The notes below the pieces were generated by a model. It was not told where the DNA came from, made no database searches, and saw only the letters and a list, made by a program, of their open reading frames with translations. DNA of 64,000 nt from Raillietiella orientalis (taxonomy: Eukaryota), in NCBI GenBank assembly GCA_036172245.1, contig JAYWIR010000081.1, positions 248,001 through 312,000 of the forward strand, written 5' to 3'. Numbering within the stretch: the stretch's first letter is position 1; each line of letters begins with the position of its first letter. Positions 11,516 through 22,965 of this stretch are shown here, one piece after another. The position numbers and the translations under genes were made by a program.

Positions 11516-13945
11516 GATTGAAATCTCCCGCTATCAGGTGATCCTTTCGCACGTTGCTGTCCGCCAGCCAGTCGAGCTTCATGGTTTCCAGCAACCTGGT
11601 GCAGTCGCAGTACCCCTGTTTGCCGCTGGGGCCATACACATTTGTGACGATTTGGTCGATCGAGTCGGAACAGCTGAGAATCAGCTGACCGATCCGACCG
11701 TCGTCATCAAACCGCACGCTTTTTACGGCAGCGCCGATGGCTGGCTTCACGAAGAACGCGACCCCGCAGGTGTTGCGGCAGCCGCATTGCCGGTACAGCC
11801 GACCCCCCGCGATCGTCTCGATCTCCTGGGCGTCTGCCGCGGTGATCACGTGGATCTCCTGCAGCAGGGCCAGGTCGTGCTCACGCATGGTTTCGGCCGT
11901 ATCTCGCCTGTTGCTGTCGTCGCGCAGTCCGTTGACGTTCCAACAGGCCGCGCGAATCCGACGGCGCCTGGCGAGCCCAGGTGTTAGTCCTGGGAATACG
12001 GCGATGCGGCGTCTGCCACCTGCTGGGGCGGGTCGCTAGGTGGAAGGGAAGGGGGGAGAGGTACTGAAGGCACCTGTTCCTCCTCCTCCATCGGTGCCGG
12101 CGCGTCGGCAGAATCAACCGCAGGTGGAATCGCGCCAACCTGTTCGTCCTCCTCCATGGATTAAGGCTGCTCAGGTTTTGCGACAGCAGGAAGGACTTCA
12201 CCCCCCTGCTAACCCTTCTCCATGGGGGTGGCCGACTCGACGGCTTCCGGGCGTGGGAGTTTCCCCTCCAAGTTTCCCACGCTGCCGCTACCTTCTTGGT
12301 TCTCTTCCTCGCTGGTGGAGGGGAGGCGCCTCCTGGGTTTCTGGGACTTGCGACCCGACTTCTTGGGGGGTGCCTCAGAGAAAAAGAATGCGCTTCCGTC
12401 ACCCAGGTCGCACTCACCTGCGGGGGGCTTTTTCGTCGGAGCCAGCCTGCGTACGCCCTTGCGCAACGGGGTTTCGCGCTCGGCGAGCGTTGCTGCGAGC
12501 TCCTCCGTCGCTTTCTCGAAGGCCGCGTCTTCGACAGCGGCAACCGTTGCCGTGGGCTGCTCCGCGACCTTAACGAGCGCGGCGTCCTCGCTGACGGCGA
12601 ACGTTGCCTCGGGCTCCTCCGAGACTTTATCGAGCGCGGCGTCATGGCTGTCTGCGCGCCAGTCTCGCGTTTCACCCTCTAAACGTTAATTGGTCTCGTC
12701 CTCGCGTGTATCCTTCGCGTCCGCATCAGCTGTTTCGTGAACATTGCCGCGGGCGTCCTCGGCAGGAACGGCTAAGCGTTCCAATGCCAGCGAGCATTCG
12801 CAAAGTTGTTTTTTTGTAAGCAGCGCGGCTTTTTTCTTTTTGCCGGCATTTATCTTCTCCGACTTTTCTTCTGCCATCACTTTCTCTTTTTCTTTTCCGG
12901 CCTGATCAGCTGCTAACCCTCCTTTAATCTCACGTCCACGGGAGCTCTTTCTTCCGACGCCTGTACTGGAGGCTGGCAGTTGGGAACGGCCATTTTCGCG
13001 AACTGATCTTTCTATCAGCTTTCCACGTTTTGTCTGCGCCTTTATGACGGCAGGGGGCACCGGGGTGGGGCGCTTGGGGCAAACGCGCCGAACGTGACCG
13101 TTTTCCTCGCATAGTTGGCACACAATGTTCGGGCACCTTTTCCGTAGACGCCCTACTGCATTGCAGTAGCCACAAAATTGGGGTTTGCCCACGTACCAGA
13201 GGTCCACCGCTTCTTGGCAGAGCTCCAGCTTGGGGTGAAGAGCACCACCCTCTTTTACGGAAATACGCACCGCAGCTTGACCTCCGAAAAGGCTATTGTA
13301 GCCTTGGAAAATCGTGGGATTCCGCCACAACGCGTGCACTTCTACGTGCTTTCGCAACTGATCACCAACCGCTGACCTAGTCATGCGACTGGAGATCCCA
13401 GTGAGATGGACCACCACCGAGCGGTCCATCGTCACCGGCAAGATCTTTCGACCATCAACGATCAGCGGGTCGGTGATCAGGCGTTCGGCCAAGGCGATAT
13501 CTTTGCATACCACCTCGACCCGCTGCCTGCCGCTGAGGACGGAGAGGCCGTCAAGATCTTGTTCGAAAATGTTGGCGTGCTGCAGCGCCATCGTAATGGC
13601 GCGTGCAGTTCGCCCATCGAAAAGGTTGCCTACTTTCTAGACTACCGAGGGTTTATACCCCGCTTCGTTGTAGTCTTCCATCTCGGCCATGGCTTCCACG
13701 CTAGGCGCGGCCTCCATGGCGCTCGATGACCTAGACGTCGCCGGGGATGATTCCGGGGCGGATGCCCCTTATCCAGTGGGCTGTGGGGGCAGACAAGCCT
13801 CCTTCACGCCTACTTCCATCGCATTGTCCTCTGGCAACGCTGCCATCGTACACCGACGATGTGCACGCACAAACCACTCAAGGAAAAAGCACTCGCCTTG
13901 CCACGCAGGCGGAGCGCAGGAAAAGCACGTTCTCTCTCCACAAAG

Positions 13946-14570
13946 GGGATTTGGTGCGCAACGAAAGGGCGTATTTGCACGCCCGTCGTTTCGCAAGGAC
14001 TTCTGACGTCCGTCGTTTGGCGGAATACCAAGCCTACGCCGAGCGTCAAGCATGGCAAACCGGACCGCCCAGCGTGCTGGACAATTTGGATCAGGAACAC
14101 TCGAAGCCGGCTTCGATACGTCGCCTCGTGCGCGGATTTTACTTTCCTCTTTAAGCAATTGCACCTGCGTAGTGGTACGCTTCGCGGCGCCTGCTTCCAG
14201 ATGGAGCCCAGGCCAAAGATGAGGAGGAGAAAGAAAGCTTCCGCGAGCCTTTTACGACCGGGGAAATCGTCACCGCGATTAAAAGGCTTAAAGGCGCCAG
14301 GGGAGGACGGCCTGCCAGCATAGTTCTTTTAGTGCTTCGTCGCAGAGCTGACCCCCCTGGTGCTTAAATTGACATCGCTGATTTGAGACCAAGACGAGGT
14401 TCCTTCCTCGTTTCGGCCAGTCAGGGTGAGGCTCCTTCCTGAGGGAGGAGACCCCAGGAAATTAAGCAACTGGCGTCCGATCACGATAGTGAACACGTAC
14501 GCCAAGCTGCTGGCCGGACTGTGGGCTGCGCGACTGGGACAGGTAGCTGACAGCTTCGTCAGCACAAATC
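13946..14570 (+). pseudogene. Tx1-type ORF2 fragment (linker to early RT); host of the A' 5' end
   Basis: VRNERAYLHARRFARTSDVRRLAEY...KAPGEDGLPA...NWRPITIVN. Confidence 0.85.
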
Positions 14571-14845
14571 CTTCAAAGGGACTCGGGGTTTCCCTTTGCC
14601 CCAAAGTTCTATACGTAGGAAGTCCTTCGTCCGCTTTTTAGATTCCACCGGGCGGGGCAAACAAAAAGCAAGGGGCGCAGGATGGGGGCAGCGAAGGCGT
14701 TCCAAACCGCGGTTCGTTCTGGCAAATGAAACCTGCCTTCCAGGAACGGACCGATTGCCGTCTAAACTTTTTGGAGGCAGCTAGACAACGCTCCCGCAAT
14801 GGAGAAGTTTCTTAACGGCACAGCGAGGTACTTGAAGCACTTCAA
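14570..14845 (-). pseudogene. Short Tx1-type ORF2 fragment (KYL motif and downstream)
   Basis: Reverse strand reads KCFKYLAVPL... and aligns by eye with 20530-20790. Confidence 0.75.
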
Positions 14846-15680
14846 GGCTGGCGGCGAAGGCTTGAGGAACGATCAGAACTATCTCCACTCCCGGAGATTC
14901 TCCAACAAGCCCGACGTCCGTCGCCTGGCGGAGTTCAAGGCTGGAGCTGAGAGGCAGGCCCGGAAATCCAAGTTTGCCTGATTACTGGACGAAGAAGGCC
15001 AGGAGCACTCATCTCCAGCGCAGGTTTGCCGCATTCTGCGGGATTTCTATTCCTCCCTTCACGCGCTGAGACCACCAGTGAGCTTCTCTGCCCAGCGCCT
15101 GCTGCCAGAGGGTGCTCCCGCGTTGAGGGAGGAAGAAATAAACATCTTCTTCCAGGAGTTCACGATAGCGGAGATAATCTCCGCCATCACTAAATTGAGA
15201 AAAAACAAAGCACCAGGGGAAGACGGCCTGCCAGCTGAATTCTACCGACACTTCGTTGCAGAGTTGGCTCCTCTGATGCTCAAATTGTGTTTGCTGATCC
15301 GTGAACGCGGGGATGTCCCCAGCTCGTTCCGTTCAGCTAGAGTACGTCTACTCCCCAAGGGAGGAGACTTGCGAAACGTTAGCAACTGGCGCCCCATCAC
15401 TGTGGTGAATGCGGATGCAGAGTTGCTCGCCAAACTCTAGAGTGAGCGTCTGAAACGGGTAGCGGAATCCGTGGTCAGTCCGGAACAGAGTTACGCTGTT
15501 CCCGGAACAACCATGGAGGCCAACTTGTTCCTCGCCAGCACAATTTGGAAGTTGCAACAGCGCGAGGCTCGGCTAGGTCGGAAGAGTCCTGGACTGTTCG
15601 CTGACCGGGAAGAGGAAAGCCGGGGGAAGGATGCGGCGCTTGGAGCTCTTGCGGTCGCAGTCGACTTGCACAAAGCATTC
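14846..15680 (+). pseudogene. Tx1-type ORF2 fragment from the GEG-RN linker to RT motif DLHKAF, cut there by an antisense element
   Basis: GGEGLRNDQNYLHSRRF...KAPGEDGLPAEFY...NWRPITVVN...AVAVDLHKAF. Confidence 0.88.
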
Positions 15681-16530
15681 AATTTTCACCCGGATTTCTC
15701 CGGGTCGTTCATTAAAAAATAAACTTTATGTTGAAAGTATTTATGGCTGTGGAATAGCTCCAGCCAGTAGCGAAGAACCACGAAGCTTGCCAATTCACCG
15801 GTCTCTGGATAGGCACAGTCCACCAAGGCATCAGGGGGAAGGGGAAAAACAAAAAAACTAAACAAAAAGAAACAAAGGGTGATAGGGAACGGGAAGGGAT
15901 CACTGATGCTGCTGAGGCCGCATCATCCCTCTCAGAATGCAGGCAAGCTCTTGTTTGTTGTGAACATCCAGGTGGGGCCATCGCGACGCCCTCCTCAGGA
16001 ATTCGGAGGCGCACTGGATGGCTTCCTGATCGCGACGTCCTCCCGTCGCCGTACTCCAGGCGGCGACGATCCAACGAAGGCAGAAAAAGGCTGCTATCGA
16101 GGACGCAGGCCGCAGAGCGTCGGCAGCGAAGAAGACTTTTAGTGCGTCCCTGGGGTTGCTGCAAGGGATACCGATGGCCGCGGCAAATCGGAACCAAAGG
16201 GGCCGAAGGGCAACACAATCCACTAGGAGGTAGGGGAGGGATTCCCGTTCCCCGCACCTTACACAATTGGGATCCACCGCTCCCCAGGTCCAGTGGTGGC
16301 GATGGGAGTCGCAGGGACTCCCCTATGCTGCAACAGGAATGCCGACTCTAGCCATTTTAAGGGAAGAGTGAAAGTGTTCATAAGAACCGGAGGCCACTTC
16401 CGATGTTGAATCGGAACATCGAGCAGCGCTCTCCAGCGCAGAAGTCCATTGGGAGGCGAATTCGGGGGCGCAGCATGAGTTAGCTGACCCGTCTTCCACT
16501 CTCTCTGCTTCTTCTCCTTCCCGGAGATTT
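15681..16530 (-). mobile_element. 3' fragment of a Tx1-type element (possibly family F) with complete 3' UTR and terminal hairpin
   Basis: LPLKWLESAFLL...CVRCGERESLPYLLVDC, stop at 15900, terminal CCCGGA-GAAA-TCCGGG (15689-15704). Confidence 0.85.
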
Positions 16531-16534
16531 TTAT

Positions 16535-19155
16535 TCGCGAAGGTGTTCCTTCGCACCTGATAGTCGCGTTTAGTCATCTGGCAGACTCTAATTTCTGGAT
16601 GGCGGTCCTTTGTCGCGAGGCCGCATCTTGAAAATTAACCTGGAATGGTCCGACAACGTCGACGCAACCCTACCCCGTTTGCCGACCCGTGAACACAGGT
16701 CAGCGTCGACGAAGACGTGGTCGATGCTGAGGACCATTCCCCTCTCACCTGCGAACAAGTTGCGCGCACGCATGGCGGCGCACAACTCGTTCATCGCGTT
16801 CTCTTGTGTTTCTGGCTCACCTGTTAGCAGGCGGAGATTGAAATCTACCGCTATCAGGTGAGCCTTTCGCACGTTCGTGTTCGCCAGCCAGTCGCGCTTC
16901 AGGGATTTCAGCAGCATGGTACGGTCGCTGTATCCCTGTTTACCGCTTAGGGCGTACACATTCGTAACGATCAGTTCGATCGAGTCGGACCAGCTGAGAA
17001 TCAGCTGACCGACCCGACCGTCGCCATCGAAGCGCACGCATTTCAAGGCAGCGTCGATGGCCGGCTTCACGAAGAACGCGACCCCGCAGGTGTTGCGGAG
17101 GCCTCACCGCCAATACAACGGACCCCCCGCGATCGTCTCGATCTCCTGAGCGTCTGCCGCAGTGATCACGTGGATCTCCTGCAGCAGGGCCAGGTCGAGC
17201 TCACGCAGGGTGTCGGCCGTATCTCGCCTGTTACCGTCGCCGCGCAGCCCGTTGACGTTCCAACAGGCGGCGCGAATCCGACGGCGACTGGCGAGCCCAG
17301 GTGTTACTCCTGGGAAGATGGCAGTGCGGCGTCCGCCACCTGCTGGGGCGGAACGCTAGGTGGAGGAGGGGGGTCAGGTGCTGAAGGCACCTGGTCCCCC
17401 TCCACCAACGGTGCCGGCGCGTCGGCCGGATCACCCGCAGGTGGAGTCGCGCCTACCTGTTCGCCCTCCTCCATGGGGGCGGGCTGTTCAGGGTGGGCGC
17501 CTGCAGGGGGGACTTAACCCCCTGTTCACCCTCTTCCATGGGGGTGGCCGGCTCGACGGCTTCCGAGCGTGGGAGTTCCCCCTCCGGGATTCCCACGCTA
17601 CCGCTACCTTCCTGCTTCTCCTCCTCGCTGGTGGAGGGGAGGCGCTTCCTGGGTTTCTGGGACTTGCGTCTCGAATTCCTGGGGGGTGCCTCCGAGGAGG
17701 AGGATGCACTTCCGGCCTCCATGTCCGACTCACCTGTATGGGCCTTATTCGCGAGAGCCGGCCTTCGCACGGCCTTGCAAGAGGGGTTCCCACGCTCGGC
17801 CAGCGTGGCCGCGAGGTCCTCCGCCGCCTGAGCGAACGCGACGTCCTCGGCTTCGACCGTCGCTATTTCGCGCGGCTCACCCTCTGTGTAAACAGAGGGT
17901 TCGCCGTCGCGAACCTCGGGCGCGGCGCAAACGGCGAGGAAAGGCTCGTCGCCCCAGGTGGCAATCTCGGGAACGGCTATGCGCTCCAGTGTTACGGTAC
18001 ACTCGCGCATGGTCTTTGAGCGCGGCCCAGGTTTTTTCGCCTTGCCGGCTGTCTTTTTTACCGCTTTCGCGGGTTCCGCGTGGGGCACCTTTTTCTCCTT
18101 CCTGGCCTTGACCAGCTGCCAGCCGTCTTGGACTCCCGCTTCTTCGGAGGGTTTTTCTTCCGACGCCTGTGTGGGAGGAGAAGGGGCTAGCGGCTGCTGC
18201 CGGCCAGTATCTCTTTTTGGTCTTTCGACTAGTTTACCGCGTTTTGCCTGTGCTTTCTTTGCAGCAGGCGGCACCGGAGTGGGGCGTTTAGGGTATACGC
18301 GGCGTACGTGGCCCCTCTCCCCGCATAAGTGGCACACAATGTTCGGGCACCGCTTGCGCAAGTGTCCTACTGCATTGCAGTAGCCACAAAAGCGGGGTTT
18401 CCCCACGTACCAGAGGTCTACGACTTCGCCATTGACCTCTAGTTTGTGGGGAAGCCCACTCTCCTTCACCGTCACGCGCGCGGCGGCCTGCCCTCCGAAA
18501 AGGCTATCGTAGCCATCGAAGATTGTGGCCTTTGGCCAAAGCGCGTGAACATCTCCGTACTTTCTTAACTGATCACCAACCGCAGACCGCGTCATGCGGC
18601 TGGTGATCCCTGTCAGATGGACCACTACGGAGCGGTCCATCGTGACTGGGAGGATCTTGCGTCCGTCCACGTTCAGCGGGGTGGTTATCAAGCTTTGCGC
18701 CAAGGTGATGTCCTTGCAGACAACCTCAACGCGCTGACCCCCGCTTAGCACGGATAGACCGTCAAGGTCCTTTTCCAACACGTTGGCGTTCTGCAGCGCT
18801 TTCGAAAAAGCGCGTGCAGTTCGCCCGTCAAAGAGATTGCCTACCTGGTAAACCAAGCTGGGCTTGTACCCAGCTGCCCGGTAGGCCGCCATCTCGGCCT
18901 TGGTTTCCGCGCTCGGCGCGGCTACCATGGCGCTCCAGCTCCTCGCTTTGAGCGGCGAGGGCGATTCCGGGGCGGACGCCCCTGATTCTGTAGGCTGTGG
19001 AGGTGGGCAAGCCTCCCCCACACCTACCTCTATCGTGATGTCCTCAGGCATCGCTGCCATCGGACACCAACGATGTTCCACACTAAACAACACAACAAAA
19101 AACCGCTTCCTGTCGACTCACTCGGGAGCGAAGGAAACACACGTCCACTCGCCAA
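16535..19155 (-). mobile_element. Family A copy 2 (5' UTR, ORF1 with late frameshift, endonuclease domain), 3'-truncated; in tandem with copy 1
   Basis: Nearly identical to 22190-24815; ORFs 17453-19093 and 16588-17070. Confidence 0.92.
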
Positions 19156-19371
19156 GGGATTCGGCGTTGCCACCCGGGTACGCCCGGGGCGTTTATTGAT
19201 AAACTTTACATGCGTGGTACAAGGCCCCACCACGGCCGTAAACACAGGACCTGTCGGGACACCGGGACGCAGCCCGGCGTGGCACTCCCCGACAGCGAAG
19301 GGGGATGGGGATGAGACAAAAAGTAAAATAAAAAGAAACAAACAAAAAGAAGTTGGAGGGCAGGGAAGGGA

Positions 19372-22300
19372 TCACTGGTCGCTGTGGGGAGGGCCCATCC
19401 GTCGAACGAAGCCCTCGAGGTCAGCCTGCATATTCCCCAGTTGGGGCCATCCGGCAGCTCTTCGCAAGAAGCGTTTGGCATACGGGATGACATCCCTCGC
19501 CTGTGGACCCACTCCTTCGTTGTTGGCGTCGCTCCATGCCGCCACGATGCCACGGACGCAGCACAAGGCTGCGATGGCCGCGGCTGGCTGCAGTGCGTCC
19601 TTCACGAAGAGGGGCCGAAGAACGTCTCTGGGGGTGCTGCCCGTAGGGAGCCCGAGGGTCGTCCCGAACCGTTCCCAAAGGGGTCGGAGGGCAGCATAAT
19701 CCACAATAAGGTGGGGAAGCGACTCCCGCTCCCCGCACCTGGCACACGCAGGATCCACAGCTCCCCTCGTCCAGTGGAAGCGGCGCGCGTTGCAGGGTAG
19801 ACCCCAGTGCAACAAAAGCAACGCCGACTCTTGCCACTTCAGGGGCAGGATCCTGGATTTACTCAATGCCGCGGGCCACTTCAGCTCATCCCTGGGGATG
19901 GCGAGCAGCTCGCCCCATCTTAACAATCCTCGCGGCTGGACGCTCGGGGTCGAGGCGTCGGCCAGTTCTCCTGTTGTCCAGCCGCTGATCAACTTCTCCC
20001 GTCCCTCGATGCAGCAGGAGACTTGCCACCTTGGCGTCCGGGTGCTGTGAAGTGCCCTCCTTAGGACGGGTAGCGCCGTAGCTAGGCAGGTCGTCTCTGC
20101 CCACGTGCATCTTGCTGGACTCTCCAGGAGATTCCGCAGCGTGCAGCGGGCGTAGGGGCTGCATCGGAGACGATTCCACGTCTCGTGGCTTCTCTGGTTG
20201 ACTACTGCCCACGTTCCAATATTCTCCTCCAGCCAGGCGGGGGAGTTGGCGGGGCAGCAAACCATCCAGCTGTTCTCCTTGGCCAATGTTGCCATGCGCC
20301 CGAGCAGTAGGCCGCATCTTCGCATCTTCCGGCCACGGCTCAGAAGAAAAGACGCGAGTCCATCGCACCGGGACACACGGCTGGCCAGGAGGCGGGCCTG
20401 AGTGCACCAATGGGTGCTCCACATCTTCGCTGCGATGGCGAGGGTTCGCCACCGCAGCTGCTTTTCCACGCGCTCCAGCGTCAGGAGGCCAAGACCGCCG
20501 TCCCGACGCGGAGCGCACAAGTCCTTCAGTGGGACTCGGGGCCTCCCCTTGCCCCAAAGGGCGATACGGAGGAGGTCCTTCGTCCTCTTCTTCGATTCCA
20601 CGGTGGGGGGGCAAACAAAAAGCAAGGGGCGGAGGATGGGGGCCGCGAAGGCGTTCCAAACCGCGGCCCGTTCCGGCAAGTGAAACTTGCCTTCCAGGAA
20701 CGGGCCGATCGCCGTCTCGACTTTTTGGAGGCAGCTGGACCACGCTTCCGCAGGGGAGTAGTCCCCCAACGGCACACCAAGGTACTTGAAGCACCTCGCC
20801 GTGGGGATCCCCAGACGGACCCAGTCCTGCTGCCCTGCCCACGCCGCAACTATTGGCACAACCGACGACTTCGCCCTGTTAACCTGCAGTCCGGTCCCGC
20901 GGCTGAGCAGATCGAAGAAGTCTCCGACCGCCTTTGCCGGGGTGGACATTGGCAACAAAAGCAGAAGATCGTCGGCGTACGCTGCTACGGCGGGCGTGCC
21001 GGGGCACGAGCTCGGCAATGGGGCCAAAGTCACCCTGGACGCTCTCAGCACCAACTCAAAGTAGGTGCTGAAGAGCAGGGGGCTGAGGCTATCTCCCTGC
21101 CTTATGCCCCGCCGCACCGGCACGCCATACACCTTTGACCGCTGAAAGAGACGGTAATTATCGCATTCCGCCAGCAAGAGCGCAGGTAGGAAATCAGGGA
21201 GGGTGGAAAGCCCATGCGACCCAGGAGCTCCAAGAGAAGTTCCTGGTCTACACAGTCGAACGCCTTGTGGAGATCGACTGCGAGCGCTAGGGCCCCCTTC
21301 CCCGCCCGGGGGTCCCTTCCCAGCCCGGCTGGCGGCCCCAATGTGGGGTTGCCGACTTTCCCTATCCCTTTCTTCTCTCTTCTCTGTAGGTGCACCCATG
21401 TGCTTGCGAAGAAGAGGTTGGCATCCATACTTCGCCCGGGAACAGCATAAGTCTGCTCCGGGCTAATTACGGATTCTGCCACCTGCCCCAGACGCGAAGC
21501 CCATAGCCCTGCGATCAACTTGGCGTCCGTATTCACGATCGTGATCGGACGCCAGTTCTTTAAATCCCTGAGGTCCCCCCTTTCGGCAGGAGCCTCACTC
21601 TGGCTGACCGAAACGAGGCGGGAACATCGCCTTCGTCTCGGATCAGCCTGATCAACTTAAGCAGCAGGGGTGCCAGCTCTTCCGCGAAGCTCTGAAAGAA
21701 CTCCGCGGGCAAGCCGTCTTCCCCTGGAGCTTTACGCCTTTTGAGCCTTTTGATACCGGCGAGAATTTCGCCGGTGGTAAAAGGCTCGTCGAGGCTTTCC
21801 ATCTCCTCCTCCCCTATTGCCGGGGCGCCATCCGGAAGCAAGCGCCGAGAGGCGTTTCGATCCGGGGGCTGCCTGGCGTAAAGGGAGGAATAGAAACTCC
21901 GCACGAGATGCCGTATTGACGCCGGGGACGAACATTCCCGGCCCTGGTCGTCCCGCAAGCTGGCCGACCCGGATTGCCAGGCTTGGCGTTCGGCCCCGGC
22001 GCGGTACTCGGCCAGGCGACGGACATTAGGGGTTCTCTCGTACCTACGAGCCTGTAAATAGGCCCGATGGTTACGAGCACCCTCGCCGAATCCGGGGGGC
22101 AGGCGATCCAGGGGGAACTGCTCACAGAACTCGCGGACCGATTCCTTAAAAAGGTCCCAGTCCTGGAGATTCCGGAGCGTGACACCTCTCAGGTATTCAC
22201 GAAGGTATTCCTTCGCACCTGAGAGTCGCGTCCAGTCCCCCGGCAGACGCCAATCCCTGGATGGCGGTCCCTTGTCACGAGGCCGCATCTCGAAAATTAA

Positions 22301-22965
22301 CCGGGAATGGTCCGACAATGTCGACGCAACCCTCCCCCGTTTGCCGACCCGTGAACACAGGTCAGCGTCGAGGAAGACGTGGTCGATGCTGCGGACCATT
22401 CCCCTCTCACCCGCGAACAAGTTGCGCGCACGCATAGCGGCGCACAACTCGTTCATCGCGTTCTCTTGTGTTTCTGGCTCACCTGTTAGCAGACGGAGAT
22501 TGAAATCTCCCGCTATCAGGTGAGCCTTCCGCACGTTCGTGTCCGCCAGCCAGTCGCGCTTCAGGCAATCCAGCAGCCTGGTACGGTCGCTGTATCCCTG
22601 TTTACCGCTGGGGGCGTACACATTCGTGACGATCAATTCGATCGAGTCGGACCAGCTGAGAATCAGCTGACCGACCCGACCGTCGTCATCGAAGCGCACG
22701 CCCTTCACGGTTGCGTCGATGGCCGGCTTCACGAAGAACGCGACCCCGCAGGTGTTGCGGAGGCCGCACCGCCAATACAGCCGACCCCCCGCGATCGTCT
22801 CGATCTCCTGGGCGTCTGCCGCGGTGATCACGTGGATCTCCTGCAGCAGGGCGAGGTCAAGCTCACGCAGGGTGTCGGCCGTATCTCGCCTGTTACCGTC
22901 GTCGCGCAGCCCGTTGACGTTCCAACAGGCGGCGCGAATCCGACGGCGACTGGCGAGCCCAGGTG
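19372..22965 (-). pseudogene. ORF2 (APE-RT-zinc finger) of family A with two frameshifts
   Basis: Pieces 21560-22831, 21102-21536, 19372-21399; GDFN, SDH, DLHKAFD, YADD, KYLG, CARCGERESLPHL. Confidence 0.92.

Larger units (their letters stand above)
5950..13945 (-). mobile_element. Tx1-type element A' (decayed ORF1 ~13847-11985, ORF2 endonuclease), split at the GDFN motif by the family B insertion and 3'-truncated
   Basis: ORF1 CGYCNAVGRLRKRC...CQLCEENGHVRRVC. The endonuclease reads ...HLIAGDFN up to 11516 and resumes FNLRLLTGEP from 6333. Confidence 0.9.
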
